From: Selaginella moellendorffii
Lineage: Eukaryota > Plantae > Lycopodiophyta
Direction of reading: 5' to 3'
DNA length: 64,000 nt
NCBI RefSeq assembly: GCF_000143415.4
Contig: NW_003314366.1
Location: forward strand, 462,132 to 526,131
The translations under genes were made by a program, and so were the position numbers. Numbering within the stretch: position 1 is the stretch's first letter; each line of letters opens with the position of its first letter. This document shows, in pieces, positions 13,629 to 28,559 of this stretch. The notes under the pieces were generated by a model. It was not told the DNA's origin, ran no database searches, and saw only the letters and a program-made list of their open reading frames with translations.

Positions 13629-16338
13629 TTACCTCCCTTGAGGATTCACCAGCTGCGAGAAGACCGCGCTGGCACTGGCATCCTCGAAATCGTCCTCGCT
13701 TCCCAACCGGCGGTGGTAGTCGGCCTGGTGATCCGCAGAAGACCGGAGTGGAACTTCCATTTGGTCTCCAGCCCGCGTGGCCGAGTGATCCAGTATCATC
13801 CCGCTGCTATCCCCGCTCGACGCCTCCTGGAGCTGGAGCGCATACTCGAGGTTCCACAAGACGTCTCCCATGGCCGGCCTGTCGATACCTTGCTCCGCCA
13901 GGCACTTCTCCGCCGTCTCCCCGAACTTCTGGAGCGATTCCTGCGAGCACTGCCCCTTGAGGTTGGCGTCCACGATCTGCTCCAGCGCTCCCATCCGCTG
14001 GTACTGCATCGCCCACTCGGCGATGTTAACTTGCTCGCGAGGGAGAGCCGGGTTGATCGCCGGCCTCGCGCACAGCACCTCAAACAGCACCACCCCGAAC
14101 GAGTACACGTCCGACTTCTCGGTTAGCTGCTGCCGCCGGAAGTACTCGGGATCCAAGTATCCAAAGCTTCCCTTGACGGCGGTGCTTACGTGAGTTCTAT
14201 CCAGCGATGGTCCCGTCTTGGACAGCCCAAAGTCCGAGACCTTGGCCACGAAGTTCTCGTCCAGGAGAATGTTGGTGGTCTTCACGTCGCGATGGATGAT
14301 GGTCCCCTGCTCCGCTCCCGTGTGGAGATAGTGGAGCCCTCGAGCAGCGCCGATGCAAATTTCCAGCCTTTGCTTCCACGAGAGCGGCGGGAGGTCCGAG
14401 CCGTAGAGGTGTGCGCGGAGAGTTCCATTGGCCATGCACTCGTAGACGAGGATCATCTCGCAGTGTTCCTCGCAGTAGCCGATGAGAGAGACAAGGTGGA
14501 GGTGCCGGAGCTTGGACAGCATCTCGATCTCGGTCTGGAACTCGGTCAGTCCCTGCTCGGACCTCGGGTTGCCGCGCTTCACCGCGACTTTGGTGCCGTC
14601 GAAGAGCTCCCCGCGGTACACCTTGCCGAATCCTCCCACGCCCAGCAGCAGCGTCTCATCGAAGTTGTTCGTCGCCTCCAAGATCTCGGCGAAGGTGAAG
14701 AAGCGACCGCCGAGGCTCGAGGTGGCGGTGGACGCGACGGTGGCGCCGCTCTTGTTGGACGCGCCGCCGGTAGAGAACTTGCTCGCGATGCTGGTGGAGT
14801 TTCCATTCCCGGCGGCGTGGAGCGGCAGCCACGACGCGCTCTTCTTCTTCTTACTCTTGCCTTTGGCCAGTCCGGGGTGGCGCCGCCGCCGGACGAAGCA
14901 CAGCCCGGCACCAAGCAGCCCGATCACCAGCAGCCCACCAGCGACGGCGCCGCCAATCCCAGCGGCGCCGATCCCAGTGGAACCCCCGGAAGAGCCATCA
15001 TCCTTGGAGAGATCCACACCCGGCGGGATCAAACTCCCGGCCAAGCTCCCGCGAGTGTTGTTCACCTTGAAGATCTCGATCCCGCTGAGGATGGAATCGT
15101 TGTGCTGCGCTCCATTCCCCGGAGAGGGGCCGAGCTCCACCACCATAGAACTTCCACCATCGTTCATGGGAACCACGAAGTCCATGAACATGGCGGTCTG
15201 TGCGCCATTAGCCTTGACCACCACGTCCAGGCCTTTGACCGCGGGCAGCCGGTTGATAAACACGTCGAAGATCCGGGCATACGGCGTACTNNNNNNNNNN
15301 NNNNNNNNNNNNNNNNNNNNNNNNNNNNNNNNNNNNNNNNNNNNNNNNNNNNNNNNNNNNNNNNNNNNNNNNNNNNNNNNNNNNNNNNNNGGTCCAGGTG
15401 AGGTTGAACTGGGTGTTGATGAGATCGCTGACGCCCATCGTTCGCGAAGTGCCATAGACCGACTTGGGCGCGATGAATCCTGGCAGGAGTGGAGGGTACG
15501 TGATGTCCTCGATCTTGGGCGCTGGGATCCCCTCGCGCGCGCCCACCAGGAAGGGATTGTCGCGGATCCAGCGCCGGGAGAGGCCCGAGTCGAGCGATGG
15601 ATCGATGCTCTCGCCGCCGACGTTGAGGCGATACATTGTCTGGAGCGCTGCTCGAGCCATCCCCAGGAAGGCCTGGGTGCCCTGCCCGACGAGCTGCCCA
15701 TCGTCCTGGATCGCGGCGTCGGGGATGGACACGATCTCGATCGCGTTGACGAAGGCCAGGGAGCCCGGCGACGGGACGAGCGAGATCGTGAGCTGTGCGG
15801 TGGTGATGTTGATCGAGTACTCCTTGAGGAGCGCCGGGGAGGAGATGGATCGCGCCTGGGCTTGGATCTCGCCCGCCACGCTCTGGCTGGAGAGGAGGAG
15901 GTACTCGTCCGCGCTGACGGAGAAGAGGGCGGCGGCGAGATCTGGCGAGAAGGGGAGGAAGTGGAGGCGAATCCAGTGGCGTCCCGGGGTGAGATCGCCG
16001 ATGGAGAAGGAGCCCTTGGGGGTAAAGACGCGGGCGGTGCTGTAGAGGCGCTGCTCGTCGGCGGAGGAGAGATTGGCGGCGCTGCTGGTGGGGATGGAGC
16101 CGGATCGAGGAGCTCCGCCCTGGGCGAAGCTGGAATCCGCCACGAATGTCCTGCCGCTCACGTTGGTGCTGCCCGCAGCGCCACACGCGAGAAGGATGTT
16201 GTCCTTGGGGACGAATTGGGCGTGGGCTGTGCTCGTCAGCCATAGCCAGAGCTCCACAAGCCCTACTGCTACCCACAATGCCCGCATTCTCGCCCTAGTG
16301 CTGCTACCACTCCTGCTACTTGCCATTTCTATCGCCAT
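13629..16338 (-). CDS. THE1-like: CrRLK1L malectin-like receptor kinase (THESEUS1/FERONIA family); spans assembly gap 15291-15390
   Basis: Signal peptide and malectin-like ectodomain ([43 protein letters not shown]), TM helix, kinase ([30 protein letters not shown]), C-terminal SQLVNPQGR. The frame shift across the N gap is a gap-size artefact. Confidence 0.95.
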
Positions 16339-17754
16339 TGCGTGTTCTTGCCGTTCCTTCTCGAGATCACGTCGCTCCCATTTGTTCTTCGATCTCCAAA
16401 GCTACGCGCTAACTACAAATGAAAGCACTGGAATCCAGCGGCGGCAACCGTGCCATGTGGGTCCCCTACATAGAGGCGGTCCGAACGATCGAGATTCTGC
16501 CATGTGGCAAAACCGGCGGAGGATTTTTTAGCGGCGCATCGTGCTGATGCTCGTGGCCTGGCTGGAAAACCGTGGGAAACGAATGAGTATGGGTGGAATT
16601 CATCAAAGTTATTTGACTGCAAACCCTTGGAACTATTTACAGGATACCAATAACATTCAACAGTCCAGTAGAAAGCCAAGATAGATAGAATTTTATGATC
16701 ACTGCTACATTATGAAAATCAGTGAGAACACCGGTATGATTTGTTAGTGTTCCTTTGCTGTTACTTGCATTGTGACCACCATGAGACACCTTGGGATCGC
16801 TGCCAAACCAATACAGGGAAGCGATCGCCTCCTTCCCAGAAGATCAGCAAACAGAACTTCTACCTCCCCATTCTTGTCCCCATATAAGGCAATGGGGAGA
16901 AAATTCAAAGTTATTTGACTGTCAATGCATCAGAACACTAGTGTTGCCAAGTCAATGCTAAATATGTGAATATAACAGTTACAAATGAATAAACCTATAA
17001 AGGATTAAGCCCAAATAGATTTATAAAATCTGCACTGTTGGGAGTTAAAGCTAATTAAACTTCCTACACAAATATATAAATTTTCTTTAACATATATAAG
17101 TACAAGTCTCTTGTTTATCGTGTTATTTTATAAGTCTGTTATTGGAAAAAATGATAAAGTGTTTAGCTATGATAAACTAAATAAATTTCATGACATGATG
17201 ATACCACATTTGTCATGCTTGTGCAATGCTTACACTAAGCACTTTAGTAAATGATTAGATAGTTTATTTCTATAACATGTTTAAAAACTGTAAAAATAAT
17301 TACTTTATGGATATTTTATATTAATAAAAAATGGTTTTGAATCAAAATAAATACTAACATACTTCAAAGTACTAATGACCACTTCAATTGTGAGTTAAAT
17401 GTGTTAAATGATAAGTTTGTTAGAGCTCATAACAAATCATTGATGTCAAATGACTAAAAACGTTATATGACTTTGTGGATAGGGACATCTAAAAAATGTA
17501 GAGAAGAGGATTGCAAAACACTACACTTTAAAAATAAAACTATGACATATACGTTTAGTTATTTATATATATATTTTATCAATATAACATTAAAATTTAA
17601 ATGTCTATTTATATTATTATTTATTACATTGAAAGCTTTTATGTTTGAAAAAATNNNNNNNNNNNNNNNNNNNNNNNNNNNNNNNNNNNNNNNNNNNNNN
17701 NNNNNNNNNNNNNNNNNNNNNNNNNNNNNNNNNNNNNNNNNNNNNNNNNNNNNN

Positions 17755-19866
17755 GAGACCGAGACAAGGACCGAGACTAAGACCGAGACCAAGATCGGGA
17801 CTGAGACCAAGACCGAGACCGAGGCTGAGACCGAGGCCGAGTCCGAGTTCGAGTCCGAGTTCGAGTTCGAGTCTGAGAGGGTGAAAGCCCAAAGCGTTCT
17901 TCTCTCAGACCCTAGGGGGTTTAGTGAGCTCCAAAAGTATAGTAAGGGGGAGGATTGTAGTGGAGCCAGTTTGGCCAAGAAAGGCCAGTTTGGCCCAGAA
18001 AGGCTGTACCCAGTGTTGGGTGATGAGTTGCCCACTGGGAAGTCCAAGACTAGAGTGAACACAAACTAACAAGTGGGGTAGCTTGGTGAAGTGTTCAAGA
18101 GCCACCTCTAGTTCCCCTAGGAGATCAACTGGCCGATGCTCCCAGTCCAAGTGTGGGTGGCACTACCTACTTAGATACCAGACGTGGCTCAATGGAACCT
18201 CACTCTAAGCCGATGGCTAGAGCACCCAAAAGTGAAATGCGGGGAGAGTACCCATGAGGCTTGTGTAAGACCACGGTGTTCCTAAATGTTGTCCCAAATG
18301 CCTAGACTGTGGAAAGGAAGAGGAATACCCCTTTGGTGTAGTGACCAAGGATACAGTCGTGTGGTGAGGAAGTCCCAGAGGACCGTGGACCGAGATGGAG
18401 TCCGAGATGGAGTCCGAGATAGACCTGAGATGGAGTCTAAGATGGACCCAAGATGGAGTCCAAGATGGACCCGAGATGGAGTCCGAGATGGAGTCCGAGA
18501 TGGAGTCTGAGATGGACCTGAGATGGAATCCGAGATGGAGTCCGAGAAGGACCCAAGATGGAGTCTGAGATGGACCCGAGATGGACTCCGAGATGGAGTC
18601 CGAGAAGGACCCAAGATGGAGTCTGAGATGGACCTGAGATGGAATCTGAGATGGAGTCCGAGAAGGACCCAAGATGGAGTTCGAGGTCGAGACTGAGACC
18701 GGACCGAGACCGAGACCGGGACCGAGACCAAGACCGAGACCGAGGCCAAGGCTGAGGCTAAGCCCAAGCCCGAGTCCGAGTTCGAGTCCGAGTCCAAGTC
18801 CGAGTCTGAGTCCGAGTCCGAGTCCGAGTCCGAGTCCGAGTTCGAGTCCGAGTCCGAGTTTGAGTCTGAGAGGGTGAAAGCCCAAAGCGTTTGTCTCCCA
18901 AACCTTGGGGGGTTTGATGAGCTCCAAAAGTATAGTAGGGGGAGGACTACAGTGGAGCCAGTTTGGCCAAGAAAGGCTAGTTTGGCCCAGGAAGGTTGTA
19001 CCTAGTGTTGGGTGATGATCTACCCACTAGGAAGTCCAAGACTAGAGTGAACACGGACTGACAAACAGGGTAGCTTGGTGAAGTGTTCAAGAGTCGGCTC
19101 TAGTTCCTTCGGGAGATCGACTGGCCGATGCTCCTAGTCCAAGTGTGGGTGGCACTACCTACTTGGATACCTGGTGTGGCTTAACAGAACCTCGCTCTAA
19201 GCCCACAGTTAGAGCACCCAAAGGCGGAAGGCAGGGAGAGTACCCACGAGGCTCGCGTAAGGCCACGGTGTTCCGAAAGGTTGCCCCAAGGTCCCAGACT
19301 GTGAAAAGGAAGAGGAGCCGTCCTATAGCATAGAGACCAAGGATACAGTCATGTGAGGAGGAAGCCCCAGAGGACCGTGGGACTTAGTGGTCGGGCCGGT
19401 GGGCCTTGATCCAGTGGCAATGTTGGTGAACACAGCCATGGGCAGAAAGAGACTTGGTGGGGACCGGAAAGGGGATATTGGGGAAGGCTATTCCCCATGT
19501 CTGTGGACATCCTAAGGATGCTAAGGAGTGGATCTGGGATGATCACTCATGGACAGATGGCCCAGTCTTTGAGAGACGGGACTGTGGTGTAGGTGGTGTC
19601 AGACCACCGGTGTGACCAAGGTGAATGGGCATGGCCTTAGTGTAATGGGCTGATGTGTCGGTGGTACTTTGGGCTGTCGGTCATGGGATCAGACATGTGA
19701 AGCACTTGGACCAAGTGCAAAGGTTGAGTGGCGGGGATGCCATTCTTAGGGCTAGCAAGCCCAAGTCCAAAATAGAACTTATAGAGGTTGTGAGTGAGAC
19801 TCTTCCAAGTGGTTGAAGGTGTGGTTAAGTGACTAAAGTAGAATGGAAAAAAATTAGTCACTTACA
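17755..19866 (+). mobile_element. Element X LTR with internal head-to-tail partial duplication; 5' end in N gap
   Basis: 17755-18388 repeats ~18750-19380; ends AGTCACTTACA at 19866, followed by Gypsy copy C gag sequence. Confidence 0.88.
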
Positions 19867-22800
19867 TTGGCATCCACTATTTCTAAGTGGAGGCTTTAGC
19901 ATCAACAATGTTTTGTTGGTGCTGCTATAGTGGAAGCTCTAGACATTAAGATTCTTTTAAGAAATGAAGAGCCACGGGAGGAAGTCAATAACCCTTTTGC
20001 TCTTCTTTCAGGAGTATCATTAAAAGGTTCACTTGGCACTAATTCATCTAGTATTTACTTTCTAAACCTATTTTTATAACAAAAGGTCTTTTATTATTCT
20101 TTTTGTATTAATTAATATAGGCTTAGATATCTTTTATTGCTTGGCCTGTTACTAAACATTGTCATCTATATTTGCATCATGTAGCAAAGCCAGTCTTTAT
20201 TCTCTATGACAATAGATGTACACATACATTTAAGTGAGATAAGGTAAACTTAGTTGTATGTATGGGCAATCTTAAGCTTGAGCTTTAATTATTGTGAATG
20301 GTGCCAAGTCAAGCTTTTGACTTCATCCCTTATATGGATTAGTTGTGGTGCAATCATGCCAAATATGACTTTGAGATTTTTCCCTTTTCTTTTATACTTC
20401 TTTATTTCCTTTCATTTTTGTTCTACTTTGTCTCTTAACTTTAACTGTAATGGTCCTCATGGAGGAGTATGCTGATCTCTTCGACTTTGACCTATTCTTT
20501 AAGGCCAAGATTGTAATATATTATCCTATTCCAACTGGGGATGCTCATCTACTCAAGGTTTTTATTTGTCATCAATCACCAAAAAAGATCAACATTTTAT
20601 GTGTAAATGTTAAAGAGATGTTGGAGAAGGGTGTTATCTAAAAATCATGGAATCTTTAGGTTTATGAACCTCATCTTGTCACAAAGCCTAATGGGAGTAT
20701 TTGTTTCTACATTGACTATTGACTATTAAATGAAGTGACTATCTTAGATATATATCTTCTTCTTTACACTATTAATCTTCTAGATCGTTTGGGGAGAAAT
20801 TGTTGATTCATCAAATTAAATCTTGTTTTTAGGTGTTGACAAGTGCCGATTGCCAAGAACAATGTTCCCAAAATTGCTTTTTGTATAGCATTTTCTTTAT
20901 ATAAGTTTTTGGTGATGCCATTTGATATAAACAATATTTCAATGACTTTCCAGTGAATGATGGACAAGGTTCTCTACAATATGTCAAATGTGACTAATAA
21001 CTTAATTGATGATGCCTTGATCCACTTTGAGGGGATGTAGAAGGAGCACATTTGTGATGTTCATAAGGTGTTGGTTCACTTGCGGAAAGTTAGTTTAAAG
21101 CTAAAGTGGTCGAAGTGCATGTTTAAGTTTTAAGACACGACTTATATTGGATACTATATTTCTTATGAAGGTTTACAAATTGATCATGATAAACTTGTAA
21201 TTGTATTTTGAAGTGTATAAATAATATACAACGCTTCTTGGGCAATGTGCAATATCTCGGTCATTTTGTTAATTATCTTTTTGATCACATTGCACTATTG
21301 TAAATGTTATTAAAGTTGTCAACATTATCTTTCATCTAGTCTAAGAACTGCAAATAGGCATTTATGGATCTTAAAGAGTTGTTAACAACTCCTTCAATTT
21401 TAGAGTATCCTGACTACATTTGACTTTTCATTTTGCATATAAATGCTTTGGATATTGATCTTAGAGTTGTTTTAATGCAAGAAAGTACTAATATGCTTGG
21501 TCAACATCATCCCATTACATATATCAACCATATATTATAACTAGCAGAGGTGAACTCCTCCACAATAGAGGAGTGTTTAGTAGTAGTTTAGGGTTTTGAG
21601 AAGCTTTATGCATATTTGCATGATTCTTAGACATTACGAAAAGGTGATCATGCTGTGGTTACTTTGTTATTGAAACAAATAAACTTAATTAACCGTACAG
21701 TTTAGTGGGTTATGAAGCTTCAAATATATGATTTTGAGATTGTTCATTACCCAAAAATTTTTATAATTGATGCTAATGCCCTTTTTGGAGCTCTTCTCCC
21801 TTCTTCACTCTTTTCTCCTATTCCTAATGAGCATATTGTTTTAGTATCAATGGATTTTCTAAACAAGGATTTCATGTCATTGACAGTTGGTATATATGAT
21901 GTTCAGTGTTCATAATGTGTAGAGCAAAATTTACCTTCTCTTGACAAAGTTCATAAACCTCAAAAAATTAAACTTTGGATCCAAAATCTTTGTAAAGGGT
22001 TTAAGAATTTTGCATCATTTGTTGATAATTTATTATTTTGGCATTTATATTCTTAATATCACTTTAAAAATGACCTTCTTTATTTGATAGGGATGGATCT
22101 TGATGATTATTTATGGTTAGTGGTGCTTTTGACCTTTATTCTATGCTTTATCTATGCTTACCATAATTCATCTATTTTAGGCAGATATATAGGATATTGT
22201 CATATGACTAAGAAGCTACATAAGTCGTTTTATTAGCTAGAGATGCAACATAATGTTATATTGTATGTGCATAGCTATGTTTGGTGCTAAGCTAGTAATA
22301 CTCCCCTTTATGCTGCGAAGGACAAGTTGAAGTTAATTGCAATTTCATATTTATTTAAATTGGTGGCATTTGATTTCATAAAGCCTTTTCCACTATTGAT
22401 TACTAGCAATGAGTATATTATTATTGTTTCTGACTATTTGACTCGTTATGTGGAAATTGGTGCTCTTACTAATGCATTTGTAACTACTATTGGATATTTT
22501 CTCCTCAATTGAGTGGTATTTTAGCATTTCTATTTGAAGTTGATTCTCTCGGATAATGATTTCATATTTATAGTTGAGGCATTTTATGTTTTAACATCTC
22601 AATTGGGGATACACCATAATTTCATAGATGAATGGTTTGGTGGAATAGCTCATTCAAACCTTCAAAGGGATGATTATGAAGTATGTAAACTTTCAACATT
22701 CAAATTAAGATGGTTATTTACCATCTCTTTGGTATGCATATGTCATAAGAGTATAGAATTCTATTAGTGCTTCATCATATAAACTTTTATATAGTCATAA

Positions 22801-23745
22801 TCTGATACTACCAATGGAGTTAAGTTTACCTTTGTGGTTACCACAAGCTATTGATGTTATGTCCTTGGATTAGTATTTAATAAACATTCTTCCACTAGTT
22901 CAAGTAGAGTTTACTAAATACTTGGGGTGTGTACAAGTGAGAAAATAATACACTACAACTCCTATCATCGTTCATCTACAAAGTACAAAGTGGATGACAT
23001 GGTGTTAATTCATTTTCCCAATCTTATGTTATGTAATTTGTTTAAAGGGCTTCTTGCTTAGTGGAAGGGACTGTATCGAGTGTTGTGGTAAGTTTGACCA
23101 CAAATTTATAAGGTTGGGCATGATGTTCAACAAGTAAATCCTTCAAAAATTGTGTATGTGCAGCAGCTAAAGTACTTCATACAAAGGGATTAATAATAAC
23201 TAACACCACCTACAAATCCACTAGTGCCTCCTTTTAATATTCCTTTAGATCCCAGCCTATCAACTAAAGAAACCTAATAACTTTCCATCCTTTTGAGAGG
23301 AGGAAATGATATAAAGTCCAAGTGTATGGTTATGATACTATATACTAATATTGATCTATATTATTTTTAGTAAACTATAAAATTTTATAAATAAATTATG
23401 ATGACTTTTAATTTATAAATTTGTCAATAAATAAAAGGAAAATGCTTATTTGTTTTCACTTTTATTATTATTAGATTAAATTGTTAGTTATAGTAAATTT
23501 TGTGATACTTAAGTTGTTATTTTGGAAAAACCACCCATCTCAATACTATTTAAACTCAAGAACATTTACTTTTATGTTATTCTGAGAGGATGGGATGATG
23601 TGAGGTCCAAGTGTATAGTTACGATATTATATATTAACATTAGTGTAGTGGGATTTTAGTAGCTGTTAGATTGGTTTCAATCTAAATCACTCACTCCTGT
23701 GTATAAGTTAGGGTTTTTGGGCTAATTAATAGGCATATACTCACA
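19867..23745 (+). mobile_element. Decayed Gypsy copy C (end of gag to 3' LTR)
   Basis: PR/RT/RH/IN remnants (e.g. EMLEKGVI, KLQIYDFEIVH, LVAFDFIKPFP); PPT plus partial LTR at ~23295-23355 and PPT plus LTR 23599-23745. Confidence 0.85.
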
Positions 23746-23776
23746 ATTTGAAATAAAGAAAATAAAAAACACATTA

Positions 23777-26700
23777 TTTGAGTGTATAGAATATAGAAAT
23801 AGAATAAAGAAATATGCATATCAATTAGCTCAAAAACACTAGTTTATATACAGGAGTGAGTGGTTTGAATTCAAACCAATCTGATAGCTATTAATCTCAT
23901 TATGCTAATGGAAAACTATCAAGGTTCTCTCGTTGATGGGCTAGGATTTGGAGGAACATCAGGAGAAGGCATCTATAGATTTGTAGGTGGTACTAGTTGT
24001 TCATGATCCCTTTATACAAAGTATTTCAAATATTGCACATGCACAATTTTTCTAGAGGATTGGTCTATTGAACATCATGTTGAACCTCATAAACTTGCAA
24101 TCCAACTTATTGCAACACTTGATACGGTCCTTTTCACTAAGCAAGGAGCTCCTTAAATAAACCACGTACTGTAAGATGGGGAAAAAAGACTAACATCAAG
24201 TCATCTATTTTGTATTCCATAGGTGGATGATAATAGGAGTTGCAGGACCATTGTTGTCCCATTTGTACGCGGCCTAGGTGTTTGGCAAATTCTTTTTCGA
24301 CAAGTGGAAGAATGCTCGTCAAATACTGATCCCACAACCTAGCATCGGTAGCTTGTGATTATCGCAAAAGTAAACCTAACTTCATTGGTAATATTGGATC
24401 ATAACTATATAAAAGTTTATATGGTGAAGCATCAATAGAACTTTACACCTCTGTGCTATATGTATACTAAAAAAATAGCAAATAACCATCCCCATCCGAA
24501 TGCTGAAAGTTCACGTACTTCACAATTATCCCTTTGAATATCTGAACGAGCAGTTCCACCAAACTGTTTGATTGTGATGATAAGCACTTGTAAAAGTGTG
24601 GTGTATTGCCAACCAAGATGTCAAAACATAAAATACCTCAGCCATAAATGTGTGACTATTATCTAAAAGAATCTACTCTGGATAAGAATGCTGGAACACT
24701 AGTCGATTGAGGAGGAAGTATCCAACAACAGTTGCAAAGGTGCTAGCAAGAGCACCAACTTCTACCTAACAAGTCAAATAGATAGAAGCAATAATAACAT
24801 ACTCTTTGCCAAGAGTCGATCGTGAAAAAAGTCTTATAAGATCAAATGCCACAAACTCAAATGAACGAGAAATTGCAATTGACTCCAGCCATCCTTCCAC
24901 AGTACGAGTGGGAGTATTACAAGCTTGGCACCATACGCAGCTACGCATATACTAGATAACATCACTTCGCATCTTTGGCCATTAAAAAGACCTACACAGC
25001 TTCACAGTCACACGACAATGTCCCATATACCCACATGAAATAGAAAAATCATGGTAGATATGAAGAAACCATGGAATGAAGATTGAAGGCACTACTAGCT
25101 ATAAATGATCATTGGGATCTGTCCCTAAAAAATAAAGAAGGTCATTTTCAAGGCAATATTGAGAATGTAAATGCCGGAATAGTAAGCCATAAGCAAGTGA
25201 TGTAGGATTCTCAAAGCCTTTGAATCCATGGCTCAATCTTTTGAGCCTCGTAAGCCCTATCAAGAGAAGGTAAATCTTGCTCTGCACCTTATAAACATTG
25301 AACGTCAATCCTTATATAGAAAATCCACAGATGCTAGAACAATAGGCTCATCAAAAACATAAGAAGAGAGCAAAGAAGAAAGAAGAGCTCGAAAAAGGGC
25401 ATTAGCATCAGTTATAGAACTCCCTGGGTGATAAACAACATCAAAATCATATATCTGAAGTTTTAAAACCTATTGACCAATACGACGAACTAAATTCTTT
25501 TGCTTCAATAATGAAGTAACAGTAGCATGATCACCTTCCAGTAACATTTGAGAACCATGTATACCAAATTGCTACTAAACACTCCTTCTCTATCTTGGAG
25601 TAGTTCACCTCTACTGGTTGTAATGTATACTATATATATATATAATGGATGGCCCTGACCAGGCATACATGGGCTCTCTTGCATCAATATACCTCTAAGA
25701 CCAATATCATAAGCATCCACATGCAAAATGAAAGGTCAAATGTAGTCAAGATATGCCAAAATTAGAGGAGTTATCAATAACTCCTTGAGATTCATGAATT
25801 TCCGCTCACAGTTTGCAAACTAAATGAAAGATGATATTAATGACTTCAACAACGCTTGCAACGGTGCAATGCAATCAGAAAGATGATCCATAAAAAAACT
25901 GAGATACTGCATCTTACCCATAAAGCACTACATATCATTCACACACTTCAGAATAGGGAATTTTAGAATAGCCATAAATTTGTTAGGATCAACTTGTAAA
26001 TTGTTATGAGAAATACAGTACCTAAGATAAGTCATATCTTTAGACCCAAACACACTTTGACCACTTTAGCTTTAAACCAACTTCCTGTAACCGATTTAAC
26101 ACTTTACGAACATTGCGGTTGTGTTCCTCCTATGTCCCCTCTAAGTGGATTAAGACATCATTGATGAAGTCAGCAGTCACCTTTGGCATATCGCAAAGAA
26201 CCTCGTCCATCATCTGCTGGAAAGTTACTAAAGTATTACTCAAACCAAACAGCATCATTAAGAACTCGTATAAACCAAACGATGTATAAAAAGTAGTCTT
26301 AGGAATCTCTTCTTCAGCCATTGGTACTTGCCAATACCTAGAAGCAAAATCTAACTTAGTGAGTTAATGACTTCTTCCCAAACGATCCAAGAGATTAACA
26401 GTGTGAGGAAAAAGGTATATATCTAGGATCGTCACTTTGTTTAATGGATGATAGTCGATGTAAAAATGAATACTCCCATTAGGCTTTGTTACAAGATGAG
26501 GTTCACATACCCAAGGACTCTGCAACTTTTGAATAACACCCTTTTCTAACATCTCCTTGACATTTGTATGTAAAATCTTGATCTCTTTAGGTGGCTAACG
26601 ACGAACAGAAACTTTAATTGGATGAGCATCCCTAGTTGAAATTGGATGAAGTGTGGCAATCTTGGCCCCAGATGATAAGTCAAATTCAAAAAGATTGGCA

Positions 26701-28559
26701 TACTCCTTTATAAGTCAATCAACTACTATAACACAAAGACAGTCAAAGGGATCAGAAAAGGGATGAGCAGAACAAAACGGAAACACAGAAGGAAGTAATG
26801 AGGAGACAAAAGTAATAGAAGTAAAGGTAAAAGGAAAAGGACGAAGAGGTATGAAAGTGAGAGGAATAGATGAAATATATGGAAGTATGAGATAAAGGGG
26901 AGAAGCCTCAAAGTCACACTTAGCATAATTGCACTGCAACTAATCTATACCAAGGATGAGGTCAAAAGCTTAACTCAGCACCACCCGCAATAACTGCAAC
27001 TCAAGCTCGAAATTGCTTACACACACAATTAGGTCTACCTCATCCCGTGCACATGCATGTATACAACTGTTGCCATAAAGAATGAAAACTAACTCTACCG
27101 CACGACACAAATGTAAATAGCAATGTGTGGCAACAAGTCAAGCAATAGAAGATAAACTCAAACCTATATCAACTAACATGAAAAGAATAATAAGAAACCT
27201 TTTGTTATAAAAATGAGCTTAGAAAATAAACACTAAATGAATTGGTGCCAAGTGAACCCCTTGATGATACTCCCAAAAAAAAAAAAAAGGGCCACTAACT
27301 TATTCGCGCAAAGTCCCTCTATTACTCACGTGACTCCTTGTTTCTTGGATGCATCTCGGTGTTAACACCTTCCATTGCAGCAGCACTAATAGAACATTGT
27401 TAATGCCAAGATCTTCATGCAAGAAATGGAGGCCACTAATCCAGAAAATACCAACAACGCTGATAAGTGTGATCAACTTCATCACATGCTTAATAGCGAA
27501 CATCATGGCCATAACCATGTCCTCGCCCCTGTTCTTGAATTCGAGTAGCAATAGCATCAACCTTCATTGGAACAAGACCATCTCCCATAAGAAGTGGAGT
27601 TGAAGGACATACAACGAGAAGTGGAAGAAGTGACATCTTATAACATTGTGCCAAATGAAGAACATTATCAAGGGTGGTTAGAGCAAGTGCATGCACAAGT
27701 TCTACAAGATTTTCGGAAACAAATGCTAAATTGCATCACCGACTCAGATGGCTATTGGAAGGCATTATCACAATTGTTGACATGTCCGAATGTGCATTTA
27801 AAGGCGTCCAGGAGAATACTCCAATCCTCACAAGTGGCTGCACACAAACAATTATACCATTGCAATGCCGTCCCTTGGAAACATGTGGGAAACTTATGCA
27901 AATGTTGAGCATCATTCTAAGGATAATATGTAGCAATCACTGTGAAGTGATCAAACTAATGGTACACATCATCCCTAGGATTCTCGCAAATGAACTCCAA
28001 CTGAATGTGAAGATTAGCACCAAGAGCAGAAGGAGCTGTACCACATGCCATGAATGCTGCCATCAATTGAGTTTGGTTGTTCAACTACAATCACATAGCA
28101 TTTAGCAATTGCACCAATTATTACTCCAGAGTCAAAGGAGGAGAAGATTGCTACTTTGCCATGAAGATGAATGAAAAGGAAAGAGCAAAAGAAATGACAT
28201 GAAAAAAAAAAACTAAAAAAAAGGGAGATCTAAACAATGTAAAAGCTAGATCTAAACTAAAATCTTGAAAGGAAAGAATAAAATAATAGAAAAAACTAGA
28301 TTTAAACGATGTAAAAGCTAGATCTAAACCAAAATCCCAAATCCAAGCACTCCTTAGGAACAATCAAATGTGCCTATCAATGCTGCCAATGTGAGTGCAT
28401 GGAATATAAAAAAGGAATACAGTGTCTATCAATTAGCCCAAAAACCCTACTTTATATACAAGAGCAAATGGTCTAGATTGAAACTAATATGATAATTACC
28501 AAAATCCCACTACGCTAATATTAGTATATAGCATTGTAGTTATACACTTGGACCTCACA
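23777..28559 (-). mobile_element. Near full-length decayed Gypsy copy D (~4.8 kb)
   Basis: 5' LTR 28390-28559 followed by TGG-starting PBS-like sequence; gag, PR, RT (SPWV..KPNGSIHFYIDY, KTTFYTSFGLYEF), RH and IN fragments; truncated 3' LTR 23777-23908. Confidence 0.9.

Noticed and set aside
13584-16531. Long plus-strand and alternate-frame ORFs over the kinase
   Set aside because: Shadow ORFs of a GC-rich gene with no motifs; several run through N gaps.
16603-16921. 17-bp direct repeat TCAAAGTTATTTGACTG upstream of the kinase
   Set aside because: Only two copies; cannot tell a cis-element from an old local duplication.
17467-18069. 200-aa ORF across the second N gap
   Set aside because: Artefact joining AT-rich DNA, Ns and LTR repeats.
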